A DNA stretch of 64,000 nucleotides from Chamaesiphon sp. (GCA_965246715.1 CBDFFH010000021.1:64001-128000), one strand, 5' to 3'; shown: positions 51,477 through 63,600, counted from the first letter of the stretch. Translations and numbers: made by a program. Notes: generated from the sequence alone by a model not told the origin.

Positions 51477-52118
51477 TTGGGAATCGACCTCCGCAGTTAT
51501 GTATTTATCGATCGCTTGCAACGCCAGCACGCTGCATATTTGGGCACTGAAGCCCAGGGGTTTTTACCATTGCCGTCGGATTCTTCGCTCTGGATCGAAG
51601 TCTCGCCAGGAGTAGAAATCAATCAAATGATGGATATCGCCCTCAAATCGGCGCAGGTGAAGCCAGGGGTGCAGATTATCGAACGGTTGTATGGATTGAT
51701 GGAAATCCATGCCAGCAGCCAGGGGGACGTTCATGCGGCTGGCAAGGCGATTTTGGCTTATTTGGGTGTGCGTCAAGCTGACTGTCTCAAACCACGCGTG
51801 ATCTCTAGTCGGATCATTCGGAATATTACCGCTCATCATACGCAGATGATCAATCGCAGTCGGCGCGGGAATATGATCCTCGCGGGACAGACTTTGTATG
51901 TATTGGAAGTAGAACCAGCCGCCTATGCCGCGATCGCGGCGAATGAAGCGGAGAAATCGGCGCTGATTAATATCCTCCAAATTTCGGCGGTAGGCGCGTT
52001 TGGGCGGCTGTACCTGGGGGGAGAGGAGCGCGATATCGTTGCGGCTGAGGCGGGCATTCTCGCCTCATTAGAGAACCTTCCCGGTCGTCCGTTCCCCGCG
52101 CAGACCAAGAAGGAGTAA
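51477..52118 (+). CDS. ccmP: Tandem BMC-domain carboxysome shell protein CcmP
   Basis: [28 protein letters not shown] and [10 protein letters not shown] motifs. Confidence 0.9.
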   Translation: MGIDLRSYVFIDRLQRQHAAYLGTEAQGFLPLPSDSSLWIEVSPGVEINQMMDIALKSAQVKPGVQIIERLYGLMEIHASSQGDVHAAGKAILAYLGVRQADCLKPRVISSRIIRNITAHHTQMINRSRRGNMILAGQTLYVLEVEPAAYAAIAANEAEKSALINILQISAVGAFGRLYLGGEERDIVAAEAGILASLENLPGRPFPAQTKKE

Positions 52119-52991
52119 GTGATGGCTGTCAGTGCGGAACATGTGTTACGGCAAGGCGCGGTAGCGTGGTTGAAGTGGCGATCGCAGCAGCCCCAAGCTC
52201 CCGATTTAAGCGGCGCACAGTTGCAGGGGCTGAATTTACGTGGTGCAGATCTTCACGCTACCAATCTCCGCCGATCGAATTTGTCCCAGGCTAAGCTCGT
52301 AGCCGCAAATCTGAGCGGGGCAAATCTGAGTAATGCGATCCTCGATGGTGCAGATCTAGTAGATGCTAACTTAGAGGAGATCGAAACGATCGACGGCAGC
52401 GCCATCGGGGCGGATTTCCGGTGGGCGCAGCTTTCGCGCTCCCATCTGATTGGCAGCAATTTCACTGCGGCTGACTTTCGATCTGCCGACTTATCATTGG
52501 CAAGAGCGATCGCTTCCAATTTTACCTCAGCACGATTGCTGGGAGCGGATCTCGCAGGGGCTATCTTCCAAAGATCGACTTTTAGTTATGCCGATCTGAG
52601 CCAAGCAAATCTCGCTGCGGCAGATCTGACTCAGGCGATCTTATTTGAGACAGAACTAGGTGCGGCACATTTATACCGAGCGAACTTGACACAAGCACGA
52701 TTGCATCGAGCGCATTTAGTCAGCGTGTATGCAGCGGGGGCTAATTTCGATCGCGCAAATCTGACAGCGGCGGATCTAGCTTGGGCAAATCTGAGCAAAA
52801 CAATTTTTACTGGAGCCATCCTCCACCGGACGAATTTACGTGGAACCAATCTTACTGGAGCTAACTTAAGCGGTGCCGACTTGACGGGTGCCGACTTAAC
52901 TGGTGCCGACCTCAGCCATGCTAATCTCGCTCGAGCGATATTAAACCAAACCAACTTAGCCGAAGCCGTGATGACAGGAACGATTCGTTAG
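52119..52991 (+). CDS. Pentapeptide repeat protein
   Basis: A(D/N)LxG repeats throughout. Confidence 0.93.
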   Translation: MMAVSAEHVLRQGAVAWLKWRSQQPQAPDLSGAQLQGLNLRGADLHATNLRRSNLSQAKLVAANLSGANLSNAILDGADLVDANLEEIETIDGSAIGADFRWAQLSRSHLIGSNFTAADFRSADLSLARAIASNFTSARLLGADLAGAIFQRSTFSYADLSQANLAAADLTQAILFETELGAAHLYRANLTQARLHRAHLVSVYAAGANFDRANLTAADLAWANLSKTIFTGAILHRTNLRGTNLTGANLSGADLTGADLTGADLSHANLARAILNQTNLAEAVMTGTIR

Positions 52992-53040
52992 GATCGCGAG
53001 CAAACTAGCTAAACTGAACTGACGTTCAGCTTAAGAATTG

Positions 53041-53194
53041 CCTGGAGACTAAAGTCTCGGCTGGTGATGCAAAGTCCGCCTTCGCGGACTGATTAGCTAG
53101 TCCGCGAAGGCGGACTTTGTAGCAGTAGCCCCGATTTTAATCGAGGGCGGTGCTGAAGCGGAGCAAATATCTTTAACCCGAACTGACGACGTTA
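53041..53194. mobile_element. MITE remnant with the full inverted hairpin cargo and a TAACCCGAACTGACG end
   Basis: GAGACTAAAGTCTC..AAAGTCCGCCTTCGCGGACT..AGTCCGCGAAGGCGGACTTT..GATTTTAATC. Confidence 0.8.
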
Positions 53195-53280
53195 AACTGA
53201 AGGTTCTTTTGCCGGATTTTGCGGTGAAAGTAATGAAGTTAATAGTTAACCCTATTACTACCTGTAGAGCTGACTCGATC

Positions 53281-54252
53281 GTGAATAAAAAATTCGTAAT
53301 TGTGAGTATATTAGTCGGTAGCATGTGGGGCAATAGCTCGCTCTCACCAATGCAACCAGCGATCGCGCAAAGCGTGCCAACAGTCACACCAGTAACCGGA
53401 AGTACTAATAATGTATCCAAGCTAGAGATACTAGATGCTGGCGCAGAACCACGTCAAGAGGTGAAGTTTCGACCGCTGGCAAATAGCAAACAAACAATGA
53501 CGATGACGATGGGGATGTCGATGGACATGGTGATGGGTGAAACGCCCTTACCCAAAACCAGCATTCCCAAAATAGTGATGAAGATCGATTTGACCGTCGG
53601 CGAAGTTGAGGCATCTGGCGATATTCATTATAGTTTCAGCTATACCGATATCAACGCGATCGCCGATAACAAGACATCGCCAGAATTGACTGCGGCAATC
53701 CAAAAAAGTTTTAAAACCCTCAAGGGAATTAGCGGCGAGCTGGTCGTCAGCGATACGGGGCAAGTTAAGAGCCAAAAGCTAATTTTGCCAAAAACGATCG
53801 ATCCGACGACCAAACAGACACTCGAGCGATTTACGAAGTCGATGGAACAAATCTCGACGCGGCTACCATCCACCGTCGTCGGATTGGGTGCTAAATGGCA
53901 GACGACTCATTCATTAAATATGGCTGGTCTTCAATTAAATCAAGTTACGACTTACGAAATCATCGCGATCGACGCACGGGGGATGACAGTGAAGTGTAAA
54001 GTAGTTCAATCAGCACCACCACAAGATCTCATAGTGCCAGGGACTGCGGCCAATGGTACCAAAATTAAGATCGATTCACTCAATTCTAGTGGTGGTGGGA
54101 CATACGCGATCCGATTCGACTCGCTATTTCCGCTCTCTGGTAAGTTATCCAGTTTGACTGAAAGTAAAATGTCTGTCCAGATTAATGCCAAGGAGCCGTC
54201 AACAAATATCACTAGCAAAATTGCGATCGATCTAGATATGACTACCCAGTGA
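53281..54252 (+). CDS. Secreted hypothetical protein (DUF6263-like)
   Basis: Signal peptide from GTG 53281 (start uncertain); LDAGAEPRQE and P...VGLGAKWQ motifs. Confidence 0.7.
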   Translation: MNKKFVIVSILVGSMWGNSSLSPMQPAIAQSVPTVTPVTGSTNNVSKLEILDAGAEPRQEVKFRPLANSKQTMTMTMGMSMDMVMGETPLPKTSIPKIVMKIDLTVGEVEASGDIHYSFSYTDINAIADNKTSPELTAAIQKSFKTLKGISGELVVSDTGQVKSQKLILPKTIDPTTKQTLERFTKSMEQISTRLPSTVVGLGAKWQTTHSLNMAGLQLNQVTTYEIIAIDARGMTVKCKVVQSAPPQDLIVPGTAANGTKIKIDSLNSSGGGTYAIRFDSLFPLSGKLSSLTESKMSVQINAKEPSTNITSKIAIDLDMTTQ

Positions 54253-54563
54253 TAGATTGCCCGCGCACACAAATTTAATCTTTTAGTCTGTGTGTTTTGA
54301 CTGGCGATCTGGGCACTATATCAAGGTGAGAGTCAAAACTGTCTTGAAAATGGCTATCGATGTAATCTTAAATACGCACGATCCCGATCGCACCAATAAT
54401 ATTATTGGCTCCCGTACCATAGCGATCGAGGATCGAAATAAATATAATTATAAATCTGTTTTTAATAAAATAAAAACTCTCCGCTAATCGTTAGAGCTAA
54501 TCGATCGAGCTGCTTGAATATTTATTTGAAACTGGTGGACAGACAAGCAATGAGACAAAAACA

Positions 54564-55862
54564 ATGATTTCAGAAAATATTACAGCTACTCCAGAGCTGA
54601 GCTTCAAAAATCTAATCATTCAGCTCAAAAGTATTAAGGAGCAATCTTTTAGTGGTAATTTAACCGTTCGAGTAGAGGGGAGCCAAAATTGGATCTTCTC
54701 GTTTCGAATGGGACGGTTGGGTTGGGTTGGTGGCGGGATCGAGCCAGTCGATCGCTGGCAGCGAAATTTAGCTTTGGCACAACTGGAATTACCGCCCGAT
54801 CGATTAGCCAGGATCGATAATCCCGAATCGACCGATTCACACTTGCTCGCACAATTACTGATTGATGAATCGATCGACAGACAAAAGTCTGCGGATATTG
54901 TGGGGAGAATGACGATCGAATGCTTGTTTGATATCATTCAATTCAGTCAACATAGTGGCAATCGACTGGCTTATAAATTGACTCAGACAGGTGCGAATAA
55001 TCCTGAGCTAAATCTAGTACTACCGCTATTAGAAATCGAGCCAATTCTCACCAAATCGATTCAGACTTGGCAAGAGTGGTCGAATGCAGGATTGGCAGTA
55101 TATGCACCCAGTTTATTCCCGATTATTTCCAAATCAGCAGATCTCGCGCAGATAGTTGCTGGCTCAAATTTACAACAAATTATTGGTGCGATCGATGGCA
55201 ACCGGACGTTGCGGAGTTTGGCCCCTAATTATCGTCAATCGCTGCTGAATTTCACTACAGCATTATTACCATTATTGCGTTCAGGTTTTATTACCTTATC
55301 GCCGAGACCAAAGTCTAGAGTAGCTAGAGTGATTCAGCCAGATGTTAGCAATTCGCTAATCGATCGCTCTACTGGTACATATAGTACTGGTACATATAGT
55401 ACTGGTACATATAGTACTGTAACCCAAAGTACTCATAGTTTCACTGCGGGTTCTCAAAATATGAGTTCCAATGCTGTTAAAAACAGTCCATTGATCGCTT
55501 GTATCGATGACAGTATCTTGATCTATCAATCTTTAGAACGGATTTTAAACGAGCATGGTTATCGTTGCTTTGGCATTCAAGATCCGCTGAAAATTATGCC
55601 GGGATTGATTAGAAACAAACCTAATTTTATTTTTCTAGACTTATTAATGCCGATTGTTAATGGTTATGAAGTTTGCGAACAAATTCGTAAAACTCCTAGC
55701 CTCAAAGATGTGCCGGTAATTATCCTAACTGGCAAGGATGGTTTGATCGATCGGATGCGTTCTAAAATGGTCGGTGCGACTGGCTTTTTGGGCAAACCAG
55801 TCGATGAAGATGCTGTCATAAAAATGCTTGAGAAATATCTAATTGGGGTTAAACAACTCTGA
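54564..55862 (+). CDS. PatA-family response regulator (PATAN + receiver)
   Basis: FSGNL..W.F.F..GRL PATAN start; C-terminal IACIDDS, FLDLLMP and FLGKP motifs. Confidence 0.9.
   Translation: MISENITATPELSFKNLIIQLKSIKEQSFSGNLTVRVEGSQNWIFSFRMGRLGWVGGGIEPVDRWQRNLALAQLELPPDRLARIDNPESTDSHLLAQLLIDESIDRQKSADIVGRMTIECLFDIIQFSQHSGNRLAYKLTQTGANNPELNLVLPLLEIEPILTKSIQTWQEWSNAGLAVYAPSLFPIISKSADLAQIVAGSNLQQIIGAIDGNRTLRSLAPNYRQSLLNFTTALLPLLRSGFITLSPRPKSRVARVIQPDVSNSLIDRSTGTYSTGTYSTGTYSTVTQSTHSFTAGSQNMSSNAVKNSPLIACIDDSILIYQSLERILNEHGYRCFGIQDPLKIMPGLIRNKPNFIFLDLLMPIVNGYEVCEQIRKTPSLKDVPVIILTGKDGLIDRMRSKMVGATGFLGKPVDEDAVIKMLEKYLIGVKQL
55371..55418 (+). repeat. 15-nt tandem repeat x3 (ACTGGTACATATAGT) encoding TGTYS
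   Basis: Three perfect copies in frame in the PatA linker. Confidence 0.95.
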
Positions 55863-55989
55863 AAAAGTCGATCGTTAATAGTGATGAAGTCTATGCACAA
55901 ATTCGCAATAACGTTTCGGCGACGATCCTCACAGATGAAGACACGGCAATCAACATGCTTGAGAAATATCCTATTAGAGCTAAATAATT

Positions 55990-56352
55990 ATGAGCCAGAT
56001 TTTAATTGTTGAAGATAGTAAATTAGAAGCTGAAAAGCTGAAGAAATACCTAGAAATTCGGGGATTCTCGATTCAGGTTGTCGGTAGTGGTGAAGAAGCT
56101 GAAATTAGACTCAAGAGTTCCAAGCCGAATTTGATCTTCCTCGATGTAATTTTACCAGGAGAGAGTGGCTTTGAATTATGTCGTAAGCTCAAAAATGAAC
56201 CAGCGACTCAAAGTATCCCAATCGTCATTTACTCAACTAAAGATAAACAGATCGATCGGACTTGGGGTGATATGAGCGGCGCAGATGCTTACTTGAGCAA
56301 ATCTGCAGATGAGAGCACCATTCTTCAAACTGTCGATCGATTGATTGGCTGA
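55990..56352 (+). CDS. CheY-like response regulator
   Basis: ILIVEDS, FLDVILP and GADAYLSK motifs. Confidence 0.93.
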   Translation: MSQILIVEDSKLEAEKLKKYLEIRGFSIQVVGSGEEAEIRLKSSKPNLIFLDVILPGESGFELCRKLKNEPATQSIPIVIYSTKDKQIDRTWGDMSGADAYLSKSADESTILQTVDRLIG

Positions 56353-56384
56353 CAACTTGAGTTATAAATTATAAATCATGAATT

Positions 56385-56927
56385 ATGAATCAGTTATCTT
56401 TGTCACGATCTGAGCGACAAACTGTCGCTTCAAAATCCAAATCCATGACAGAAGATTGTCGGTTTTTGGGATTTACGATTAATGATGATTTTAATGCCTT
56501 AATCCCACTCCTAGATCTCCAAGCAACAATTAAGATTTCACTTGCGGAAATCTTGCCAGTGCCCCAGATGAAAGAGTCATTATTGGGCATCATTAATTAT
56601 GGTGGTAAGGCAACATGGGTAGTAGATCTGGCTCATTTATTGGGCGCGTCACATTACACCGAACAAATGCCTGTGCGCACGACTGGGATGGGAATGCTAT
56701 TCCAGATCCAAAATGAAACCGTAGCATTATTAGTCCAAAAAGTTAGTACGATCGAAACCTACAATCTCGATCGATGTTTGGCGATTGGTGATGCCATGTT
56801 TCCAGACCGGATGAAATCGTTTTTATCTGGATATTTTATGGACGATCGTCAGCAGCCGTGGGTCGTCATCGATCTCCAACGCGCGATTATCTCGCTCAGA
56901 GGCTCAACCAACGAATCAATTATTTAG
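56385..56927 (+). CDS. cheW: CheW-like protein
   Basis: ILPVPQM...LGIINYGG..WVVDL; position in the taxis operon. Confidence 0.9.
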   Translation: MNQLSLSRSERQTVASKSKSMTEDCRFLGFTINDDFNALIPLLDLQATIKISLAEILPVPQMKESLLGIINYGGKATWVVDLAHLLGASHYTEQMPVRTTGMGMLFQIQNETVALLVQKVSTIETYNLDRCLAIGDAMFPDRMKSFLSGYFMDDRQQPWVVIDLQRAIISLRGSTNESII

Positions 56928-57027
56928 TTTAGCCAAATCTGTCGCCACCGCAGAGATGCTTTGCCCATGGGACAGTGGATAGTTAGACAACAATTGGTAC
57001 TTAATAACTTATAACTAACTAATTAAA

Positions 57028-60000
57028 ATGTTAAAAAATTTATTCAATTCAGCTGACGATCGCGCGGAAAAAAAATTAGACACACCCAATCCAGCACCCC
57101 TACCTAGAGAGAGACAACAGATGTTCGATACAGATAGAGCTTCGGCTCCCAATACTACTGCCAAACAACAATTATTAGCGATTCTGCAAGACGCTCAATC
57201 CAAACTTGAAGCTAGCAATAGCCCCAATGCCGAACCGCTCCGCCAAAATCTCCGCAGAGCTAGGGAACTAGCAGGTTGCTTGACCGTTGCTAACAATGCA
57301 ACGCCAACTTCCGCCGAGATCGACTCCGAACAAATTTACCAAATCGCCACTAAAATCCGTCAGGCAACTACATCCAGTAGCGCCTTCAATCATGCGGTTG
57401 GCGAAATTAAAACACTGATGGGTGCCGATCGCGTCCTAGTATATGAGTTAACTGGTAATACGACTGGTAAAGTTGTCGCTGAAGCGATTAAACCTGGATA
57501 TACACCGATGCTGGGAGCGAATATTCCCCCGATCGGGTTTGGCTTCGAGCAATTGCAAGACGATCGATCGCACCGAGCGATTTCGCTGATTAATAGCCAG
57601 ATTACGCCTTATCAAAAACAAATCTTAGAGCAGTGTCAAGTTAAAGCGACGGTCGCGATTCCGATTCTGATTAATGGCTATTCTGCTCTCACTGATACCT
57701 ATAGTTTAGATCGCGTGTGGGGGTTATTAGTCGTTCAACAGTGTGACCAAGAGCGTCAATGGACGGAAGCCGAAACTAATTGCCTGTCGCAATTATCGCT
57801 CGAACTGACGCTGGCGCTCCAACCTAGCCAACCCCTGCTGCAATTATCTCAACGGCGGGATCTATTTGCGACGATCGCTTTAGAAGCCCAAGAATTAATG
57901 CAAGGTACGCTCGATGAGATGCGGCATTTCCTGCAAGTCGATCGGGCGATGGTTGTCGCTTATAATGCCGATTGGAGTTCGCAAGTCGTCGCCGAATCTG
58001 TCGGTGCGAATTGGAGCAAAGCTGGTAACTCGCTCGATCTCGATTTCTCGATTACTGGCGAAAACTATAAGCCCCACTACGTTGTCAACGATATTTCGAC
58101 CAAAGACTTCCCTCGCTGTCTGTTGGAGACCTTCGAGCCGTTGCAAATGAAAGCATATATCGTCGTCCCGATCGTTTATAACAACCAGTTGATCGGAATG
58201 CTCGGTGTCTATCAAAACTCTAGCGCGCGTAATTGGCAAGAAACCGAACTCAAATCCGTACTCGAATTTGCCAAGAATTTTGGCTTCCCGCTCCAACAAA
58301 CTGCCAGTCGCCGTCAAGCGCTGTTCCAAACCAAACTGATGGAGCATCGCCTCGAACGCGAACAAGGGTTGGCAAAACTCCAAGAAAAACTCCGCAATGC
58401 CAAGGAAGATCGAACTGTCTTCCAAACTGCTACTCAAGGCGGACGCAAGCTCTTAGAGGTCGATCGGATGGCTATTTATCGGTTTGAGGCTGACTGGAGC
58501 GGGAAATTTATCGCCGAATCTGCCACTCCTGGTTGGGCGAGTCTGCTCGAAACAGTTCTAATTATCGAGGATACTTTCCTCCAACGCACCAAAGGCGGTA
58601 GATACAAAGATGGACAATGTTTTGCTGTCGATGATATCTATGCTGCTGGACATCAAGCTTGTCACATCGAATTACTGGAACAGTTAGAAGCCAGAGCATA
58701 CGCCATCGCGCCGATCTTTGGAGCCGATCGCAAATTATGGGGACTGATTGCGGCTTACCAGAATACTGGGGCGAAAAAGTGGCAGAAAGATGATGTCGAA
58801 ATCCTCCGCCAACTCGGACTACAAGTCGGCATCGCGATGGAGCAGATCGACTATATCAGCCAATTACAGAAAAAAGCCGAACAAGAACAGACGATCAACC
58901 GGATTGCCGAACGGATTCGCCAATCGCTCGCTACCGATGAAATTTTCCAAGGTGTCACTCAAGAAGTCCGCGATGCGGTTAAAGCAGATCGAGCGGTAGT
59001 GTATCAGTTTAATGCCGATTGGAGCGGTCAGGTCGTCGCCGAATCTGTCGGTGGCGGATGGGTATCGCTACTAGTTCAACAAACAGACGATGCCCTACTC
59101 ACTGGCAATCGCACCCAAAACGATCGGTGCATTCTCCGGAAATGGGCGACCAAGGATCTTACCGAAACCGATACTTATCTCCAAAATACCAAAGGTGGTA
59201 AATATATCAACGGTGAAAAATCCACGGCGATCGATAATATTTACACCAAAGACTTCCCCACTTGTTACATCAAGTCCCTCGAAAAATATCAAGCTAAAGC
59301 TTATATTATCGCCCCAATCTTCATCGGCGATCGGTTGTGGGGACTGCTCGGAGTCTATCAAAACGATAGCCCACGTACTTGGAATGCTGCCGAACGCGCG
59401 ATTCTCGAACAGGTCGCCACTCAAGTTGGCGTTTCCCTCCAGCTCTCCGAATACTTGGATCGCGTGATGATTCAAGAACAAGAATTGACGGAGATTGTCG
59501 AGCGCGAACGCGCCAACCGTCAAGAATTGGAAGCCGAAGCCCTGCGCGTTCTCAAAGCGATCGGCCCCTCCTTCCGAGGCGACCTCACCGTCCGCGCGCC
59601 GCTATCTGAAACTGAGATCGGGACGATTGCCGATGGTTACAATACAACGATTCAAAGTTTGCGTGAATTAGTCCGCCAAGTGCAAACAGCCGCTACTAGT
59701 GTGAGTAGCACCTCGAGCTTGAACAACACGCTGGTAGATAACCTCTCCGAACAAGCCAGACAAGAGCTAGTCCAACTCGATCGCGCTCAGGCACAAGTGA
59801 AGCTGATGGCCGCTTCCAGTCAGGAAGTCGCCGACTTCGCACAAAAAGTCGAACAAGTCGTACAGTCCGCCAACCGGACAGTGCAAACGGGCGATACCTT
59901 GATGGAAAGTACGGTGGAAGAGATTCTCGAAATTCGATCGACCGTATCGACTACCGCCAAGAAAATCAAACGCCTCGGTGAAACCTTCCAAAAGATTTCC

Positions 60001-60513
60001 AAAGTCGTCAACCTGATCGAAAACTTCGCCACCCAAACCAACTTACTCGCCCTGAATGCCTCGATCGAAGCAACTCGCGCGGGTCAATATGGGAAAGGAT
60101 TTGCAGTGGTAGCCGATGAAGTACGATCGCTCGCTTATCAGTCTGCGAATGCAACTACGGAAATCGAACGCCTAGTTGATGAAATCCGGATCGACACCAA
60201 CGATGTCACCGAAGCAATGGAAATTGGGATCGCGCAAGTAGTACAGGGTACCAACTTAGTCAACGAAACCCGCCAAAGCCTCAGCGAGATCGTCGTCGCC
60301 ACCAGTCAGATCAGCGAACTCGTCCAATCTATCAGTCAAGCTGCTGGTACTCAGAACAAGCAGTCCCAAAAACTGACCGAAGTAATGGCCGATGTCGCCA
60401 CAATTGCCAACCTCGCCTCTGGTAGCGCCGCCCAAATCTCCGAATCTTGCCAACAGTTACTCACAACCTCCCAAGTGCTAGAGACTAGTGTGAGCCGATT
60501 TAAAGTCGATTAA
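57028..60513 (+). CDS. Methyl-accepting chemotaxis protein with four GAF domains (cyanobacteriochrome photoreceptor)
   Basis: Four DR...Y/VAES GAF units, HAMP-like GDLTVRA and MA signature [31 protein letters not shown]. Confidence 0.93.
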   Translation: MLKNLFNSADDRAEKKLDTPNPAPLPRERQQMFDTDRASAPNTTAKQQLLAILQDAQSKLEASNSPNAEPLRQNLRRARELAGCLTVANNATPTSAEIDSEQIYQIATKIRQATTSSSAFNHAVGEIKTLMGADRVLVYELTGNTTGKVVAEAIKPGYTPMLGANIPPIGFGFEQLQDDRSHRAISLINSQITPYQKQILEQCQVKATVAIPILINGYSALTDTYSLDRVWGLLVVQQCDQERQWTEAETNCLSQLSLELTLALQPSQPLLQLSQRRDLFATIALEAQELMQGTLDEMRHFLQVDRAMVVAYNADWSSQVVAESVGANWSKAGNSLDLDFSITGENYKPHYVVNDISTKDFPRCLLETFEPLQMKAYIVVPIVYNNQLIGMLGVYQNSSARNWQETELKSVLEFAKNFGFPLQQTASRRQALFQTKLMEHRLEREQGLAKLQEKLRNAKEDRTVFQTATQGGRKLLEVDRMAIYRFEADWSGKFIAESATPGWASLLETVLIIEDTFLQRTKGGRYKDGQCFAVDDIYAAGHQACHIELLEQLEARAYAIAPIFGADRKLWGLIAAYQNTGAKKWQKDDVEILRQLGLQVGIAMEQIDYISQLQKKAEQEQTINRIAERIRQSLATDEIFQGVTQEVRDAVKADRAVVYQFNADWSGQVVAESVGGGWVSLLVQQTDDALLTGNRTQNDRCILRKWATKDLTETDTYLQNTKGGKYINGEKSTAIDNIYTKDFPTCYIKSLEKYQAKAYIIAPIFIGDRLWGLLGVYQNDSPRTWNAAERAILEQVATQVGVSLQLSEYLDRVMIQEQELTEIVERERANRQELEAEALRVLKAIGPSFRGDLTVRAPLSETEIGTIADGYNTTIQSLRELVRQVQTAATSVSSTSSLNNTLVDNLSEQARQELVQLDRAQAQVKLMAASSQEVADFAQKVEQVVQSANRTVQTGDTLMESTVEEILEIRSTVSTTAKKIKRLGETFQKISKVVNLIENFATQTNLLALNASIEATRAGQYGKGFAVVADEVRSLAYQSANATTEIERLVDEIRIDTNDVTEAMEIGIAQVVQGTNLVNETRQSLSEIVVATSQISELVQSISQAAGTQNKQSQKLTEVMADVATIANLASGSAAQISESCQQLLTTSQVLETSVSRFKVD

Positions 60514-60516
60514 TGA

Positions 60517-60688
60517 GGGATTAGGGATTAGGGATTAGGGAGAAAGACGGAAAGATGCGAGGTTGGCAATGATAACAAAGAAGGACGCTTTGCGTCCAAC
60601 TGAGAAAGTCTTTATCCTCCAAACTCTAATTCCTAACCCCTAATCCCTACTACCCCCTCTAACCCCTAACCCCTAACCCCTAATCCCT
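60517..60688. repeat. STRR-type heptamer repeats (GGGATTA x3, then inverted CCCTAA(C/T) copies)
   Basis: Seen directly; other heptamer runs near 7190, 12866, 21980 and 34872. Confidence 0.8.
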
Positions 60689-60691
60689 CCT

Positions 60692-63600
60692 ATGACCGAC
60701 GATCTAGATTTTCAAGAGTCACTCGATCGATACTTTGAGATCGAAGCGGCGGAATTATTACAGACGATCGAGCTGACGCTGTTCCAACTGATCGAGGAAA
60801 AGACGATCGAGCGCGTCCATACACTGATGCGCGCTGCACATACGATTAAAGGTAGTGCGGCCAATTGTGGCTTTAAAACGATCGAAACGATCGCCCATCA
60901 CCTCGAAGATGTCTTTCAGGCACTCTATCCAGCCGAACTAGAGATCGATCCCGAACTGGGCTTGCTGCTGATGGAGGGTTATGATTGTCTGTGCGAACCG
61001 TTGAACGCCATGTTAAACGGGGTAAGCTATGACGAAGCCGCGACGCTCGAACGGACGGCTGAATTATTTGCCAGACTTCAGATGCAGTTAGGTGACTTCT
61101 TTGGTCGGGAAACGCCCTTACCTACCGCCGCCGAATTGGGATTTGACGTGATCGGGTCGATTTTTACCGATAGCGTACCGCAGGACTTAGAAGTCCTAGC
61201 TGAAGCGATCGCAGGTCAAAATGTGGCTAGAGTTAGCGAAAGCTTAGCTTCGTTGGCGGAATTTTTATTGGAGTTGGGCGGTTCTTATAGTCTGCCAGGG
61301 ATTGCGGCCATTTCGAGTACTACGATTACCGCATTGAACCGCCATCCCGATCGCGTTTTAGAGATCGCCCCGATCGTCTTAGCCAATTTTCAACAAGCCC
61401 AAATCGCCATTCTCGGCGGAGATCGCTCTGTTGGGGGCGAAGTATCCGCCGAACTGAGTGTTTGGGCGGGCATCGAACCAAGCTCTACTACAACCCGATC
61501 GAGTGTGGTAGATGATTCGGCCCAATGGCTGTCGTTAATCGATACCGCCGATTCAGATTCTGCTGAATTTGGAACCGATTTCTCCTTCGCTGATGCTGCG
61601 ACATCTGCTGAATGGTTATCGTTAATCGATGAACCTGCAACGGAAGTTCCGGTTACAACAGCCGACGAGCGGTTAAACGACGATCGAGCTGCCGAATGGT
61701 TATCTTTAGTCGATGAACCTGCAACTGAAGACGCTACCACCACTAGCGAACAACTTCCAGACGATCGAGCGGCTGAGTGGCTATCTTTAGTCGATGAACC
61801 TGCAACTGCATTTACAATTGAATCATCTGAGCAAGAACAGCATACCGACAGTGAAACTTCGGCTGAATGGCTATCGTTAATCGATACTACCACTGGCGAA
61901 AATTCTGGCGATCGGGTGCAAAACGATCCCGAGCCAGAGATTATCGAACTTGAGACCTTCGAGCCAATGGGAGATCTCAATGGCTCGGCACTGACTCGGA
62001 CGGAATACCTGGAGACGAGCGAACGCCACACTGGTGCGGATCTGGTATTAGCAAATATATCCAGTATCGATCGCATTCTCCAATCGATCGCGATCGATCG
62101 GCCAGCAGATCGGGACGAGTTACAAGAGACGGCACCATCGAAACCCGAGCGCACAGCGACACCAGATGCCGCCGTCAGCATCCGGATTGCTACCGCGCAA
62201 CTCGAACGGCTCAGTCACACGATCGGCGAACTGCTCATCGATGACAATCAACAATTTCTGCGCGCCGAACAATTGCAGGTATTGGCGAAAGCTACCGTCG
62301 AACAACATCGCCGTTGCGAGCAAAAATTACGATTGGTGGGCGATTGGGCCGATAAAAATACGCTGACAGGAGATCGACCGCAATTCGCTGCCTCCCGTCG
62401 CGGCAAAGGTCGGCCCAAGAAGACCAAGCAAAATCATAATAACGGCGTGCAATCGCAGTTTGATAGCATCGAGTTGGATGTTTATAACGACTTGAGCATC
62501 ATGCTCCAAAATCTCACTGACGATCTTGCTGCGTTGGGGATGCAAGTTGAAGATCTCAGCGAAATGACTCAAAAAGCGAAGCTGACATTGGGCAAACGCC
62601 AGCAGTTACTAGCTGACGCGCAGGCAGAATTATTCGATGCTCGCATGGTCGAGATTTCGACCGTGTTCAATCGCTTCCCCAGACTGCTCCAACAGATGGT
62701 CGCATCGCATCGTAAACCCGCCCAGTTAGAATTAATTGGTACCACTGTCTCGATCGATAAAATTATTGCCGATAAGCTGTACGATCCACTCCTGCACTTG
62801 GTCAGAAATGCTTACGATCATGGCGTAGAATCGCCGGAAATCCGCGCTCAACAAGGCAAACCCGAAACCGGGACGCTCACGATTAAAGCGTATCACCAGG
62901 GCAATCGTACGACGATCGAAGTTCGCGATGATGGTCAAGGTCTGAACTGGTCGAAAATCCGCCAACGGGCGCTGGAGATGAAACTGCTCGCGGCCGATCG
63001 CGCGGCGACCGTAACGGAAGCCGAACTCGCCGAAATCATGTTCGCACCAGGATTTTCGACAGCTGAAAAAGTTAACGATCTTTCCGGTCGCGGCATCGGC
63101 TTGGATGTCGTCCGCGACCGCATCGGTGCCTTGCAGGGCACGATCGATGTCCGCTCTGTCGCTGGCAGCGGAACGACGTTTGTGATGCAATTCCCGCTCA
63201 ATCTCACTACGGCCAGATTATTAATTTGCGAATCGCAAGGTGTCGTTCATGCCTTGCGATCAGAAGCAATCGCCCAAGTCTTGTTACCCACGCCCGATCG
63301 GATTCAATCCCAATCCGCGCTCACCGACAAAGGTACCGCCAAATTTTTACGCTGGGGTGAAGGCACAGAGCTAAAATTAGTCCCGATTTATGCCGTTAAT
63401 AGTCTCTTGGCTTACAATTGTCCGATCGGGGCCGGCGCGGAACGGACAGCGAGTTTATTTCCCGCCAAAACCAAAAATAGTACTAGCGCCCTGCTACTCC
63501 TCGAAGTCGATGACGATCGGATCTGCCTGGAAGTCGATCGCATCCTCGTCGAACAAGAACTAGTCGTCAAGTCTCTAGGCGAAACCTTTGGCTTGCCCAA

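Noticed and set aside
61390..62181. 263-aa minus-strand ORF and other antisense ORFs in the track
   Set aside because: They are shadows of well-supported genes on the opposite strand (here cheA).
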